Positions 18,667 to 20,000 of a stretch of DNA of 20,000 nt are shown in pieces. Positions within the stretch are counted from its first letter, which is position 1. Every line of letters starts with the position of its first letter. The notes below the pieces were generated by a model that had not been told where the DNA came from, did not search any database, and saw nothing but the letters and a program-made list of their open reading frames with translations. This stretch comes from Catajapyx aquilonaris (lineage: Eukaryota). The translations under genes and the position numbers were made by a program. The stretch is taken from assembly GCA_000934665.2 (NCBI GenBank), contig KZ538489.1, positions 46,776-66,775 of the forward strand, in the 5' to 3' direction.

Positions 18667-18969
18667 ACCGAAGCAGTTTGGTGGAGCGGATAAGGTGTTC
18701 GACTGCTAATTGGGAGGTCCTGGGTTCAAGTCCCGGGGCCAGCAGTTCTAACCGTGGTTTTCTGTGGTTTCCCACGGTCCCCCCAGGAGATTTCCGGGAT
18801 TACTTCCTAAATAATTAGGCCACAGCCGCTTCCTTCCGTCCCTATCCTATCCCAAAAAGCAAAGTAAAAATGAAAACAAAGAGTTCCAGTCAAAACAAAA
18901 TTGGGATGAGCTCCCCCCCCTAACGAGTCACCGGCTGATACGGGGTATGAAAATTAAAATTAAAAAATA
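18667..18969 (+). mobile_element. tRNA-derived SINE, family D, with Lm1/Talua-like central domain
   Basis: A box tggtggagcgg, B box ggttcaagtcc; core ggttttctgtggtttccc..ccagg..ccgggat..ttccta..aggccacagccgcttccttcc resembles (from memory) locust Lm1-type SINEs; TSD atatatgtttcatg 18653-18666 / 18970-18983. Confidence 0.88.
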
Positions 18970-19020
18970 ATATATGTTTCATGTCCTTATGGGATTTTTA
19001 CATCTCATTTCCCAACTCAC

Positions 19021-19402
19021 CTATGCACAGTCCAGGCAGCTGACTCAGCAACCCTCTCAACATACATGATTGGCAAATACCCTGTACACCCTGTAATCCA
19101 AGAGGTTCCTTCAACCCATCCATCTGGAGACCCTCTGAGTGCCTCAGTGTCCAGATACACAAAGTCTCCAATGATCATCTCTATTTCATCAACTTCCCTT
19201 GGGGTCAGGGGAAAGAGAACTTTGTGGACTTCCATCCCAGCTGGGGATAGGCGTGGGTCACGAGAATACAGGCGTATCTCCCATGCACAGGGGGACTCCA
19301 GGTCAAGCTCATTTACCATAGTCTCAAGGGCAGACTTGTGCTGGGGTTGAAATTGGTATGCCAAAGTAACATGCAGGTCTTTCACTTGAGCTTCTGGAGA
19401 CA
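19021..19402 (-). CDS. UBASH3: UBASH3/Sts-family (ecdysteroid-phosphate phosphatase-like) gene, internal exon: end of 2H phosphoesterase domain + SH3 domain
   Basis: Translation ..SPEAQVKDLHVTLAYQF (second HxT motif of the 2H domain)..WEIRLYSRD..KVLFPLTPREVDEIEMIIGDFVY..DGWVEGTSWITGCTGYLPIMYVER..AWTVH (SH3). Acceptor cctttcttccag|TG at 19403/19402, donor AG|gtgagt at 19021/19020; 382 nt = 2+378+2. No upstream exon recognised in the window. Confidence 0.92.
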
Positions 19403-20000
19403 CTGGAAGAAAGGCATCTCTATAGCTCTTCAAATAAAGTTTGCTATATCAGTTGCAAGAAAAAATGTTAGAGTGACAAGATCTGTTATCCAGAATCTTT
19501 TTAATATACCCTAGATGATTTTTAATAGTAGAAGTTTGAATGGAAAATAACAAAAAAACACATGCAAGAAAATGGCACATGCACAGCCATTCCACTGGGT
19601 GCTATGGGTTTTGACATTGGTAATGACCTGAATTTGATTTCTCTGACAGTTATGTCTACAGGCAATGTGGACGAATATTTTTAAAAGTAATGTTAACACA
19701 ACCACACTGGCAGTCTAGCGGAAATGTTAATTTAATGTTTGGCTCTGTGAGATACTGTATCATACTGACATAATTCATAGGGACATTTGCAAGCTCATGG
19801 CATATTAAAAACCAGAAGCTTCTCCTTGTTCTTCATTATTGGTTACTTGTTCCCATCATGAGAACCCCATGATTTTTAATATTTTTCTAGCAACTGGCTA
19901 TCTATAATGGGGAACTAGCCTTCATTTTGGAAACTACATAATAAATTCGCCCATATTTTTTGGATTTTTTTGGCATATTCCGTTTTAAGATATCAGTTCC

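Overview
Eukaryotic (arthropod, probably hemimetabolous insect; inference) genomic DNA. It holds the last three coding exons of a minus-strand UBASH3/Sts-1/ecdysteroid-phosphate-phosphatase-type gene (end of the 2H domain, SH3, histidine phosphatase): 19402-19021, 17037-16496 and 10532-10003, all GT-AG and phase-consistent. The rest is densely nested transposon material: about 10 tRNA-headed SINEs of about 5 families, Tc1/mariner-, hAT-, PIF/Harbinger- and piggyBac-type MITEs, decayed mariner transposase pieces, two mariner 3'-end foldbacks and a solo LTR. There are no prokaryotic systems, CRISPR arrays or real tRNA/rRNA genes. The most interesting signal is in the SINEs. Copies show compensatory base-pair changes in internal stems. 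Three families carry the U1A/SNF-binding sequence AUUGCAC; in family A it is the exact U1 snRNA stem-loop II decamer AUUGCACUCC, on top of a covarying stem. Four families share a structurally conserved but sequence-divergent two-hairpin 3' tail. All alignments were done by eye, and novelty could not be checked against databases.
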